A DNA stretch of 64,000 nucleotides from NCBI GenBank assembly GCA_964585655.1, contig CAZPER010000011.1:1174-65173 (forward strand), given 5' to 3'. This document shows, piece by piece, positions 26,644-35,616 of this stretch (its first letter is position 1; each line of letters begins with the position of its first letter). A model generated the notes under the pieces. It did no database searches and was not told the origin of the DNA. It worked only from the letters and a program-made list of their open reading frames with translations. The stretch is from an uncultured Gemmatimonadaceae bacterium (GTDB lineage Bacteria; Gemmatimonadota; Gemmatimonadetes; Gemmatimonadales; GWC2-71-9). The translations under genes and the position numbers were made by a program.

Positions 26644-28035
26644 ATGCCCATCACCATTCGCGCCTTAGTCTGCGCCGCCATCGCCCTCGGCGCCAGTGCG
26701 CCGGCCGCCGCCCAGGATTCCGCCGACCCCATCGTCACCCAGTACCGTGACGTCGCCGACCGCATCATCCAGACGGCGCTCGCGGACAGCTCCGCCTGGG
26801 ACCGCCTGGCCCGGCTCACCGATACCTTCGGCCACCGGCTGAGCGGCTCCCGGAGCCTGGAGCAGGCCATCGACTGGGTGCTGGCGGAGATGAAGCGGGA
26901 CGGCCTCGACAACCCGCGCACCGAGCCGGTGAAGGTGCCCCACTGGGTGCGGGGCGCGGAGTCGGCCGAACTGGTCTCCCCCCGCCGTGTTGCCCTGCCC
27001 ATGCTCGGCCTGGGCGGGAGCATCGGCACCCCGGCAAAGGGCATCACCGCCGAGGTGCTGGTGGTCTCGGACTTTGACGAGCTGAACGCGCGCGCGGCGG
27101 AAGCCAAGGGCAAGATCGTGCTGTTCGATCCCGAGTGGAAAAACTACGGGGAGACCGGCCGCTACCGGCGGGTCGGGGCCATCGCCGCCGCCAAGGCGGG
27201 TGCGGCGGCCCTGCTCATTCGCTCGGTCGGGCCCTACGGCATCCGCACCCCGCACACCGGCGTGATGGGCTACGACAGCACCGTCACCCGGATCCCCGCG
27301 GCCGCGATCACCATGGAAGACGCCATGATGCTCCACCGGATGCAGGACCGGGGGGAGCGCGTCGTGGTGACGCTCAAAATGCAGGCGAAGACCCTCCCGG
27401 ACGCCATGAGCCGGAATGTCATGGCCGAAATCATCGGTTCCGAGCATCCGGAGGAAGTGGTGGTGCTGGGCGGACACATCGATTCCTGGGACGTCGGTAC
27501 CGGCGCCATGGACGATGCCGGCGGCGTCGTGGTCTCCTGGGAGGCGATCCGGCTGATCCAGCGACTGGGCCTCAAGCCGAAGCGCACCATCCGGGTGGTG
27601 GGCTGGACCAACGAGGAGAACGGGCTGCGCGGCGCCCTGGCCTACCGCGACGCGCGGGGCGCGGAGGTTGCCAATCACGTCATGGCGATCGAATCCGACG
27701 CGGGGGTCTTCCGCCCGGAAGGCTTCAACATGACGGGAACCGACAGCGCGGTATCGATCGTCCGGCGGGTGGCTGCCCTGCTGGCCTCGATTGACGCGGA
27801 CAGCATCTCCACACCGGGCGGCGGAGCGGACATCGGCCCGCTCATGGAGCGCGGCGTGCCCGGGCTCGGGCTCGATGTGGACGGGGAGCGGTACTTCTGG
27901 TATCACCACACCCCGGGCGACATGGTCGACAAGCTGGATCCCGAGGATGTGGCCCGCTGCGTCGCGGCGATGGCGGTGATGGCCTACGTCATTGCCGACC
28001 TGCCGGAGCGGCTGCCGCCGACCCCAGTGCCCTAG
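26644..28035 (+). CDS. secreted M28-family aminopeptidase
   Basis: Start ATG 26644 with signal peptide MPITIRALVCAAIALGASAPAAAQ. GGHIDSWDVGTGAMDDAGG and NEENGLRGA zinc-ligand motifs. Confidence 0.88.
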   Translation: MPITIRALVCAAIALGASAPAAAQDSADPIVTQYRDVADRIIQTALADSSAWDRLARLTDTFGHRLSGSRSLEQAIDWVLAEMKRDGLDNPRTEPVKVPHWVRGAESAELVSPRRVALPMLGLGGSIGTPAKGITAEVLVVSDFDELNARAAEAKGKIVLFDPEWKNYGETGRYRRVGAIAAAKAGAAALLIRSVGPYGIRTPHTGVMGYDSTVTRIPAAAITMEDAMMLHRMQDRGERVVVTLKMQAKTLPDAMSRNVMAEIIGSEHPEEVVVLGGHIDSWDVGTGAMDDAGGVVVSWEAIRLIQRLGLKPKRTIRVVGWTNEENGLRGALAYRDARGAEVANHVMAIESDAGVFRPEGFNMTGTDSAVSIVRRVAALLASIDADSISTPGGGADIGPLMERGVPGLGLDVDGERYFWYHHTPGDMVDKLDPEDVARCVAAMAVMAYVIADLPERLPPTPVP

Positions 28036-28799
28036 CCCAGGAACAGCTTCTTCGGGTCCAGCACCTCGCGCAGGAGCCGCAGCTCCTCCCCCGTCGGCGG
28101 CGCCACCAGGCCCAGATGCGTCCGGGCCTGGAGCGGCCAGCCCACGTTGGCCTTCACATCCTCGAGGGTGACGCCGGGGTAGAGCGCCGTGAGGACCATC
28201 TCCCCGCTCTCCGGGTCGCTCTCGAGGATTCCCTTGTCGGTGATCACCTTGACCGGCCCGGCGCCGGGCATCCCCAGCTCCTGGCGCGTCTTCCCCTTGC
28301 AGCGCTGGCCGGGGCTGGTGAGGAAGTCGAGCTCCGCCGGGAAGGCGCGCGGGTTGAGCCGGCTGATGATCAGCACCCGCTGGGCGTGCACCGCGATCTC
28401 CGCCGCGCCGCCGGAACCGGGGAGTCGCACCTTGGGCTTCTCGTAGCCGCCGATGACGGTGGTGTTGATGTTGCCGTAGCGGTCCACCTGGGCCCCGCCC
28501 AGAAACCCCACCTCGATCTTCCCATTCTGCAGGAAGAGCTGGAACACATCCGCCATGGAACAGATCATCAGGGAACCGGTCACCAGCGACGGGTCCCCGA
28601 TCGAGACCGGCAACCGCTCCGGCACCGCCCCCACCGCCCCCGATTCGTAAATCAGCACCAGGTCCGGCGCCTGCAGCGCCCGGGCCAGGTTGCAGGCCAG
28701 GTTCGGCAGCCCGATCCCGACAAAGACCACCTCCCCGTTCCCGAGCTCGCGCGCAGCCACGGCCGCCATCATTTCTGACGGGGTGTACTCAGAAGCCAT
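28032..28799 (-). CDS. CoA-transferase subunit B (3-oxoacid/glutaconate CoA-transferase family)
   Basis: VFVGIGLPN, SGAVG and LPGSGGAAEIA motifs. Overlaps subunit A. Confidence 0.88.
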   Translation of the reverse strand: MASEYTPSEMMAAVAARELGNGEVVFVGIGLPNLACNLARALQAPDLVLIYESGAVGAVPERLPVSIGDPSLVTGSLMICSMADVFQLFLQNGKIEVGFLGGAQVDRYGNINTTVIGGYEKPKVRLPGSGGAAEIAVHAQRVLIISRLNPRAFPAELDFLTSPGQRCKGKTRQELGMPGAGPVKVITDKGILESDPESGEMVLTALYPGVTLEDVKANVGWPLQARTHLGLVAPPTGEELRLLREVLDPKKLFLG

Positions 28800-29694
28800 A
28801 GTTCACCCCTTCGCAGTAATGATCCTTGGCGGTGAGCCGCGCCTTGAGGTCCGGCTGGCGGGCCAGGTAGTCGGCCCGGTCCTTCACGCCGTACACCCAC
28901 TGCTCCAGGTACTCCTGCAGCTTTGCGGGGTCGCGGGAGATGTCCTCCCACGCCACGTAGAAGTCGTTGTCCCGGTCGTAGTAGCCCTGGGCGTAGCTCG
29001 GATGGCAGCCCCACGGCTCCACCACCACCGCGTTCACGATCATGCCGGGAATCAGGGTGCGGTTCGGGTCGGCGCGGATCACCGACTCGTCCACCAGCTC
29101 TTCCACGACCACGATCACCTTCTTCGAGGCGAAGGCCGCTTCCTTCTGCACGCCGAGGAGGCCCCAGACCTGGGCGTTGCCATACTGGTCGGCACGCTGG
29201 GCGTGGATGACGGTGACATCGGGATTGAGCGCGGGCACCGTGGCCAGGACTTCGCCTGTGTAGGGGCAGGTGACGGTCCGGATCCGCGGATTGGCCACCG
29301 GGAGGTCGGTGCCCATGTAGTTCCGCATGGTCCAGAAGGGGAGCCCCGCCGCGCCGGCGGACATCCGCGCCACCATCCCGAAGTGGCTGTACTCCTCGAT
29401 CTCGAGCTTCGGGGTGCCCTTCTCCACCGCGCGGCGGAAGGCGTGCAGCGACCCGGCGCCGGGGTTCCCCGCCCAGGAAAAGACCAGCTTCCGGGCGCAG
29501 CCGGCCGCGATCATCTGGTCGTAGATCAGGTCCGGGGTAAGCCGGGCAATGGTGAGATCCTTGCGCCGCTGGCGGATGATCTCGTGCCCCGCCGCGAAGC
29601 AGATGAGGTGGGTGAAGCCCTCGATCACCACCGTGTCGCCATCCCGCACATGGGCGGCGACGGCGTCCTGCATGGAGACGACCTTGGAATGCAT
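28789..29694 (-). CDS. CoA-transferase subunit A
   Basis: DAVAAHVRDGDTVVIEGF at the N-terminus and a subunit-A-like length (301 aa). Adjacent to subunit B. Confidence 0.85.
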   Translation of the reverse strand: MHSKVVSMQDAVAAHVRDGDTVVIEGFTHLICFAAGHEIIRQRRKDLTIARLTPDLIYDQMIAAGCARKLVFSWAGNPGAGSLHAFRRAVEKGTPKLEIEEYSHFGMVARMSAGAAGLPFWTMRNYMGTDLPVANPRIRTVTCPYTGEVLATVPALNPDVTVIHAQRADQYGNAQVWGLLGVQKEAAFASKKVIVVVEELVDESVIRADPNRTLIPGMIVNAVVVEPWGCHPSYAQGYYDRDNDFYVAWEDISRDPAKLQEYLEQWVYGVKDRADYLARQPDLKARLTAKDHYCEGVNYGF

Positions 29695-29700
29695 GACTCG

Positions 29701-30405
29701 CTAGGCTCCTGGTCCGTGCGCCGCCGTGTGTGCCTCCCCCGCCTCGATCTGCCCCACCAGCAGCTCCGCGGCCCCCGCCAGGTGGGCTTGCAGCAGGTCG
29801 CCGGCGCGCCCCGCGTCCCGCTCCGTGAGCGCGGCGAGGATCTCCCGGTGCTCCCGTTCGAACCGCTCCCGGTAGGTGAGCATCAGGCCGTGGATCAGCC
29901 AGTAGCGATCCACCCGGCGCAGCAGCCCGTCAATCAGTTCCTGCATCCGTGGCCGATCCTCGAGCCCGTAGATCAGCTCATGGAACTCCACATCCTGCGT
30001 CCCCCACGCCGCGCCATCCGTGGCCGACTCGGCGGCATCCAGGATCTGCGCCGCCCGCGCCAGCTGCGCCGGCGCCAGCCGCGGCGCCGCGCGGCGCACC
30101 GCGGCCGTCTCGAGGATGGCGCGAATCTCGTAGATCTCCCGGATCTCGCCGGGCGTCAGGGCACTGACAGTGGCGCCACGGTTGGGCTGGTAGGTGACGA
30201 GCCCCTCGGACTGCAGCTGCCGCAGCGCCTCGCGGACCGGGATGTGACTCACCTGCAGCTGCGCGGCGATCTCATCCTGGGGCAACGGCGCGTTGGCCCG
30301 GAGATGACCGCTCGTGATCGCCTCACGCAGCACCTCGGCCACCAGTTCGTGGGTGGCGAGCTTGCGGCGTCGAGGAAGGCGATCGAGGAGCTGGTCGAGG
30401 TGCAT
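29701..30405 (-). CDS. GntR-family transcriptional regulator (FadR/FCD type)
   Basis: Winged-helix QDEIAAQLQVSHIPVREALRQLQSEGLV plus a helical FCD-like C-terminal domain. Confidence 0.88.
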   Translation of the reverse strand: MHLDQLLDRLPRRRKLATHELVAEVLREAITSGHLRANAPLPQDEIAAQLQVSHIPVREALRQLQSEGLVTYQPNRGATVSALTPGEIREIYEIRAILETAAVRRAAPRLAPAQLARAAQILDAAESATDGAAWGTQDVEFHELIYGLEDRPRMQELIDGLLRRVDRYWLIHGLMLTYRERFEREHREILAALTERDAGRAGDLLQAHLAGAAELLVGQIEAGEAHTAAHGPGA

Positions 30406-30530
30406 CTGAAGGCCAGGAGATCGGGAAACGGGAGCCGGGGCGCCGAGCCGCCGGGTTGCGCGATGATATATTATATATTATCGTTCCAAAGTCAAGCTGG
30501 ACAACGCATTAATATACGACCGAGGGTGCC

Positions 30531-31922
30531 ATGCACGACACCGATACCCCCATCAAGGCCGGCCAGCCGATCCCCTACCCGCCCAAGCGCGAGTACGTGG
30601 AACCGGACTGGACCCGGCTCCCGGGCTACAAGGGTGTCACCCAGGAGGAGTGGGAGAACGCCACCTGGCAGCGCAAGCACACCGTCAAGAACCTGCGCGA
30701 GTTCAAGGACGCCCTCGGCCACCTGCTCCCCGAGGATCTGGCCCTGAGCATCGGGCAGGACATGGAGCAGCGCGCCACCATGTCCATGCTCATCCCCCCG
30801 CACATGCTCAACACCATGAACATGGCGGACCTCTGGCACGACCCGGTGCGGCGCTACATGGCGCCGGCCCTTGCCGACCGGCTCACCGAGTGGGCCAACC
30901 ATCCCAAGGCCTCGCGGGACAGCCTGCACGAGCACGACATGTGGGTGGCGGAGGGGCTCACCCACCGCTACCCCACCAAGGTGCTGGCGGAGATGCTCTC
31001 CACCTGCCCCCAGTACTGCGGCCACTGCACCCGGATGGACCTGGTCGGCAACGACGTCCCCCAGGTGACCAAGCTCAAGTTCGCGATGCCGCAGAAGGAC
31101 CGGCACCAGGCCATGCTGGAGTACCTGCGGAAGACACCCAGCGTCCGGGACGTCGTGGTGTCCGGCGGCGACATCGCCAACCTGCACATCACCCAGCTGG
31201 AGCCGTTCGTCTCCGCCCTGCTGGACATTCCGAACATCCGCGACATCCGGCTGGCCTCGAAGGGGCTGATCGGGCTGCCGCAGCACTACTTGCAGGACAC
31301 GGTCCTGGCCGGCCTCGAGCGGCTGGCCCGGAAGGCCTTCGACCGCGGCGTGGACCTGGCGCTCCACACCCACGCCAACAGCGCCCAGCAGGTCACTCCC
31401 CTCGTGGGCAAGGCCACCAAGAAGCTGCTGGAGATCGGCTTCCGCGATGTGCGCAACCAGGGAGTGCTGCTCCGGGGGGTGAACGCCACCACCCAGGAGC
31501 TGCTCGACCTCTGCTTCATGCTGCTCGATCATGCCAAGATCATGCCCTACTACTTCTACATGTGCGACATGATCCCCAACAGCGAGCACTGGCGGGTGTC
31601 GGTGGCGGAGGCCCAGCAGCTGCAGCACGACATCATGGGCTACCTCCCCGGGTTCGCCACGCCGCGCATCGTCTGCGACGTGCCCTTCGTCGGCAAGCGC
31701 TGGGTGCACCAGGTGGCCGAGTACGACCGGGAGAAGGGCATCAGCTACTGGACCAAGAACTACCTCACCAGCATCGAGTGGGGCAACCAGGCGGCGCTGC
31801 AGCAGAAATACGCCTACTACGACCCGATCCACACCCTGCCCGAGTCGGGGCAGCGCTGGTGGCGCGCGCACGAGGCCGAGATGGCCCGCGCGCACGAGGG
31901 CACGCACGCGGTGCACGCGTAG
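30531..31922 (+). CDS. kamA: lysine 2,3-aminomutase (radical SAM, KamA family)
   Basis: CPQYCGHCTRM (CxxxCxxC), VVVSGGD, RLASKG and PYYFYMCD are KamA-family signatures. 463 aa. Confidence 0.9.
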   Translation: MHDTDTPIKAGQPIPYPPKREYVEPDWTRLPGYKGVTQEEWENATWQRKHTVKNLREFKDALGHLLPEDLALSIGQDMEQRATMSMLIPPHMLNTMNMADLWHDPVRRYMAPALADRLTEWANHPKASRDSLHEHDMWVAEGLTHRYPTKVLAEMLSTCPQYCGHCTRMDLVGNDVPQVTKLKFAMPQKDRHQAMLEYLRKTPSVRDVVVSGGDIANLHITQLEPFVSALLDIPNIRDIRLASKGLIGLPQHYLQDTVLAGLERLARKAFDRGVDLALHTHANSAQQVTPLVGKATKKLLEIGFRDVRNQGVLLRGVNATTQELLDLCFMLLDHAKIMPYYFYMCDMIPNSEHWRVSVAEAQQLQHDIMGYLPGFATPRIVCDVPFVGKRWVHQVAEYDREKGISYWTKNYLTSIEWGNQAALQQKYAYYDPIHTLPESGQRWWRAHEAEMARAHEGTHAVHA

Positions 31923-31947
31923 GGCGGCCGCAAGCGCCGCCCCTACG
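31917..31947 (+). terminator. 12-bp GC hairpin overlapping the kamA stop codon
   Basis: GCGTAGGGCGGC-cgcaagc-GCCGCCCTACGC. Confidence 0.6.
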
Positions 31948-31966
31948 CGTGCCCCGCCCAGATGAA

Positions 31967-31989
31967 CCCGTTCCCCGTTCCCCGTTCCC
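31967..31989. repeat. short heptamer array (CCCGTTC x3)
   Basis: CCCGTTCCCCGTTCCCCGTTCCC. Same unit as the 18.9, 19.7 and 37.0 kb elements. Single arm only. Confidence 0.75.
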
Positions 31990-32025
31990 TTTTCTCCTGC
32001 TTGCCTTGAACTGGCCGGTGCTACG

Positions 32026-33333
32026 ATGACCACCCGCGACTACCCCCGGATCCTCACTCCGCCGCCCGGCCCCAAGGGGCGGGCCATCATCGACCGCGAC
32101 ACGGCGTGGACCTCGCCCTCCTACATCAAGGAGTATCCGCTGGTCATCGCGGGCGGGAAGGGAGCCATGGTCGAGGACGCCGACGGCAACCGCTATATCG
32201 ACTACATGGCGGGGATCGCGGTCTCGGCCACGGGCTACAACCACCCGAAGGTCGTCGCTGCCATCCAGGAGCAGGCCGGGAAGTTCCTCCACATCTGCGG
32301 CACCGACTTCTACTTCGAGGGCTTTGCCCAGCTGGCCGAGCGGCTCGCGCGCCTGGCCCCTGGACCGAGCCGGAAGCGGGTGTTCCTCTCCAACTCGGGC
32401 ACCGAGGCCATCGAGGGGGCGATCAAGCTGGCGCGCTATCACACCCGGCGCCCGGCGCTCATCGCCTTCCAGGGCTCGTTCCACGGGCGGACCTACGGGG
32501 CGATGTCCCTCACCTCGAGCAAGGCGCGGCAGCACAAGCATTTCGGCCCGCTGCTCCCCGAGGTGTACCACGTCCCCTACGCCAACCCGTACCGGATGAC
32601 CGACCCGATCGGCGAGTCGCTCGACGCGCTGCACGACCTCTTCAGCCGGCACGTGGACCCGACCGACGTGGCCGGGATCTTCGTCGAGCCGGTGCAGGGG
32701 GAGGGGGGCTACGTCATGCCGCCGATGGGCTTCCTCCGTGCGCTGCGGGAGGTCTGCGACCAGCACGGCATCCTGCTGGTGGCGGATGAGGTGCAGAGCG
32801 GGGTGGGCCGCACCGGGAAGATGTGGGCCTGTGACTGGGAGGGGGTCGAGCCCGACATCCTGGTGAGCGCCAAGGGACTCGGCAGCGGGATGCCGATCGG
32901 GGCGTTCATCGCGAAGGAATCGGTCATGACCTGGGAAGCCGGGAGCCACGGCTCCACCTACGGCGGCAATCCCGTCGCCTGCGCCGCCGCGCTCGCGACC
33001 CTGGAGATCGTGGAGGGGATGCTGCCCCACGTCCAGCAGATGGGCGACCGGATGCTGGGCCACGCCCGGCGGATGCAGGAGAAGTACGCCGTGATCGGCG
33101 ATGTGCGCGGCCGCGGCCTGATGCTCGGCATCGAGTTCGTGAAGGACCGGGCCGGCAAGGAGCCCTACGCCGACATCGTGGACCGCATCACCGAGCGCGC
33201 CTTCCGGAAGGGGCTGCTGCTCCTGGGATGCGGCAAGAGCACCTTCCGGCTCGCGCCGCCGCTGGTGCTGGATCAGTACGACGTCGATACCGGGATGGAA
33301 ATCTTCGAGGCCTGCCTGAAGGAAGAGGACTGA
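32026..33333 (+). CDS. class-III PLP-dependent aminotransferase (GabT/ArgD-like)
   Basis: SNSGTEAIEGAIKLAR, DEVQSGVGRTGKMWA, SAKGLGSG (PLP Lys) and STYGGNP. Confidence 0.9.
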   Translation: MTTRDYPRILTPPPGPKGRAIIDRDTAWTSPSYIKEYPLVIAGGKGAMVEDADGNRYIDYMAGIAVSATGYNHPKVVAAIQEQAGKFLHICGTDFYFEGFAQLAERLARLAPGPSRKRVFLSNSGTEAIEGAIKLARYHTRRPALIAFQGSFHGRTYGAMSLTSSKARQHKHFGPLLPEVYHVPYANPYRMTDPIGESLDALHDLFSRHVDPTDVAGIFVEPVQGEGGYVMPPMGFLRALREVCDQHGILLVADEVQSGVGRTGKMWACDWEGVEPDILVSAKGLGSGMPIGAFIAKESVMTWEAGSHGSTYGGNPVACAAALATLEIVEGMLPHVQQMGDRMLGHARRMQEKYAVIGDVRGRGLMLGIEFVKDRAGKEPYADIVDRITERAFRKGLLLLGCGKSTFRLAPPLVLDQYDVDTGMEIFEACLKEED

Positions 33334-33377
33334 TGGTTGGGCGGTAAGGCGGTTGGGCGAGGGTGTAGGGATCCAGA

Positions 33378-33408
33378 CGACCCTCCGGCTCCGGGAGCCG
33401 GAGGGTCG
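33378..33408. terminator. perfect 12-bp hairpin between convergent genes
   Basis: CGACCCTCCGGC-tccggga-GCCGGAGGGTCG. Preceded by GGTTGGGC/GGTAAGGC/GGTTGGGC octamers (33335-33358). Confidence 0.65.
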
Positions 33409-33421
33409 CTTGCATCCGTCG

Positions 33422-33943
33422 TTACTGCCGGACCAGGTGCCAGGTCACCGTCACGCTGCCCGTGACCCCGTTGGCCTCGTCGGCGTCGGGGTGTTCGTAG
33501 GTGTCTTTCCCATCGAGCTTCGCGTAGTCCGCGGCCTGCAGATCAGACATCTCCATGATCGGGTAATCTCCGCGCCGGGGCCGCTTGCCGGCCGCCTCGG
33601 GGCACCAGACCTGGAAGTCGTACTCGCCGGCATTCTCGGTGGTAGCGTGCCCCACGACCAGCATGCCGGGACCCTCAAACTCCGGCGCTCCCGCCGGCTT
33701 CACCCGGCAGGTGACCCGGCCCGCGGCGATCGTCGCCGCGACGGTGGTCACCTCGTCCTTGCCGCTCACCTTGAGGGTGGAGGTCTGCGCCACGGTGCCA
33801 CTGTAGTACATGGCGCAGTTCCAGGTCGCCAGGGAGTCCATGTTGCACCGCTTCCAGTCGCCCGACACCTGGCCGTCGAGGGCGGGCTGCCACAGCAGCG
33901 CCGGCAGCAGGAGCAGCGTGAATCCGCGTGTGGAGAAGGTCAT
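33422..33943 (-). CDS. secreted hypothetical protein
   Basis: Only the last 173 aa of the 637-aa track ORF look real, starting at ATG 33943. Signal peptide MTFSTRGFTLLLLPALLWQPALDG. Cys-containing mature domain. Confidence 0.6.
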   Translation of the reverse strand: MTFSTRGFTLLLLPALLWQPALDGQVSGDWKRCNMDSLATWNCAMYYSGTVAQTSTLKVSGKDEVTTVAATIAAGRVTCRVKPAGAPEFEGPGMLVVGHATTENAGEYDFQVWCPEAAGKRPRRGDYPIMEMSDLQAADYAKLDGKDTYEHPDADEANGVTGSVTVTWHLVRQ

Positions 33944-34035
33944 GGAATCGGGTCCTCCCTGGTCTCTGGTTGAGACGCCATGGAAACGGCAGGGCGGAAT
34001 GCCACGACCACCCGCTGCCCCGCCCGCCGCCCCGC

Positions 34036-35616
34036 CTACGAGGTCACCACCGTCCGGCTCTGCTCCCGCATGAATTGCTGCACGTACCACGGCCCGCAGC
34101 CGCCCTTGCCGCTGCCGCCGCTCCCCTTCCAGCCGCAGAAGGCCTGCGCCCCCGGCCAGGCCCCGGTGGTGGCGCCGCTGCGCTTGTTGACGTAGCAGAC
34201 CCCCGCCTCGACCTCGTCGAAGAAGCGGTCGATCTCCTCCTGCCGCCCCGAGAACAGGCCGGCGGTCAGACCGAATTCCACCTTGTTGCTCTCGGCGATC
34301 GCCTGGTCGAAGCTGTCCACCGTCGCCACCGCCAGGAAGGGGGCGAACAGTTCCTCCAGGAAGAGGGTGCTCTCGAGCGGCAGCTCGGCGATCGTCGGGG
34401 CGACGAAGTGGCCCTTCTCGAAGGCCTCGCCCCGGAGCCGCTGGCCGCCCAGCACTACCTTCCCCTCCCGGCCGGCCTGGTTCACCGCCTTCTCCCAGCG
34501 CTGCACCGCCTTCTCGTTGATCACCGGCCCGAACCAGACGTCGCGCTGGGTCACGTCGCCCATGCGGATGGCCTTGGTCTTCTCGATCAGCTTCTCCATG
34601 AACGGCGCGGCCACCTTCCGGTGCACGTACACCCGGCTGGTGGCGCTGCACTTCTGGTTCTGCAGCCCGAACGCCGACTTCATCACCCCTTCCGCCGCGG
34701 CGTCGAGGTCGGCGGTGTCCATGACGATCGCGGCGTTCTTCCCGCCCAGCTCCATGAGGCAGGGCTTCACCCACTTCTCGGAGAGCCCGTGGAAGATCCG
34801 CATCCCCACCGGCTTCGAGCCGGTGAACACCACGCCGTCGGTCAGCGGGTGCTGCCACATCGGGTCGCCGATCTCGCGGCCGTGCCCCGACACGAACTGG
34901 AACACCCCCGCGGGCACCCCTGCATCCCGGTACACCTCGTACAGCTTGAGCCCCGTCCAGGGGGTGTCCTCGGCCGGCTTGTACACCACCGCGTTGCCGC
35001 TCATGAGCGCGGCGGAGGACATGCCGGTGGAGAGCGCCAGCGGGAAGTTGAACGGCGCGATGCAGACAAAGACGCCGTAGGGCCGGAGGATCTCGATGTT
35101 CCGCTCGACCGGGGTCATCTTCGCCATCTCGACCGTGAACCCGTTGTGGTCCTCCACCTGCTGGCAGTAGTAGTCGATGAGGTCCGCCGACTCCTCGGTG
35201 TCCCCCATGGACTCCAGCCGGTTCTTCCCCACCTCGTAGGCCATGATGGCGCTGAGCAGGAACTTCCGCTCCCGGATCAGCTCGGCGGCGCGGCGGAGGA
35301 TGCGGACCCGCTCCCGCCACGGCAGCGCCGCCCACCCCTTCTGCGCCGCCTTGGCGCCACGCACTGCCTGGTCCACGTGCGCCGGCGTGGCGCAGGCAAA
35401 CTTCCCCAGCACCAGGCCGGTGTCGATGGGGGAGACATCGGTGATGGGCTCGACGCCCTTCACCTCCACCGCCTGGCCGTTGATGTAGAGCGGATGGCTC
35501 CTCCCCGCCGTGGCGCGGACCTCGGCGAGCGCCGCGTCGAAGGCCCGGTGGAAGGCTTCCATGTCCACGTTGGTGGAGGTGTAGGTGATCTTCTGCTGCG
35601 GAGCGGTGGCCGTCAT
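34036..35616 (-). CDS. NAD-dependent aldehyde dehydrogenase (P5C-dehydrogenase-like subfamily)
   Basis: FTGSKPVG, LMELGGKNA and catalytic NQKCSATSRV motifs. 526 aa. Confidence 0.9.
   Translation of the reverse strand: MTATAPQQKITYTSTNVDMEAFHRAFDAALAEVRATAGRSHPLYINGQAVEVKGVEPITDVSPIDTGLVLGKFACATPAHVDQAVRGAKAAQKGWAALPWRERVRILRRAAELIRERKFLLSAIMAYEVGKNRLESMGDTEESADLIDYYCQQVEDHNGFTVEMAKMTPVERNIEILRPYGVFVCIAPFNFPLALSTGMSSAALMSGNAVVYKPAEDTPWTGLKLYEVYRDAGVPAGVFQFVSGHGREIGDPMWQHPLTDGVVFTGSKPVGMRIFHGLSEKWVKPCLMELGGKNAAIVMDTADLDAAAEGVMKSAFGLQNQKCSATSRVYVHRKVAAPFMEKLIEKTKAIRMGDVTQRDVWFGPVINEKAVQRWEKAVNQAGREGKVVLGGQRLRGEAFEKGHFVAPTIAELPLESTLFLEELFAPFLAVATVDSFDQAIAESNKVEFGLTAGLFSGRQEEIDRFFDEVEAGVCYVNKRSGATTGAWPGAQAFCGWKGSGGSGKGGCGPWYVQQFMREQSRTVVTS

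Noticed and set aside
28690-32033. Long ORFs 28690..30747 (+) and 30492..32033 (-) antisense to the CoA-transferase/GntR genes and kamA
   Set aside because: They are shadow ORFs. The opposite strands encode unmistakable CoA-transferase, GntR and radical-SAM KamA sequences.
33422-35335. 637-aa minus-strand ORF spanning the secreted-protein gene and part of the ALDH gene region
   Set aside because: Upstream of Met 33943 the translation is R/G/P-rich and overlaps the genuine ALDH gene (34036..35616) in a different frame. Only the last 173 aa, which have a signal peptide, look real.
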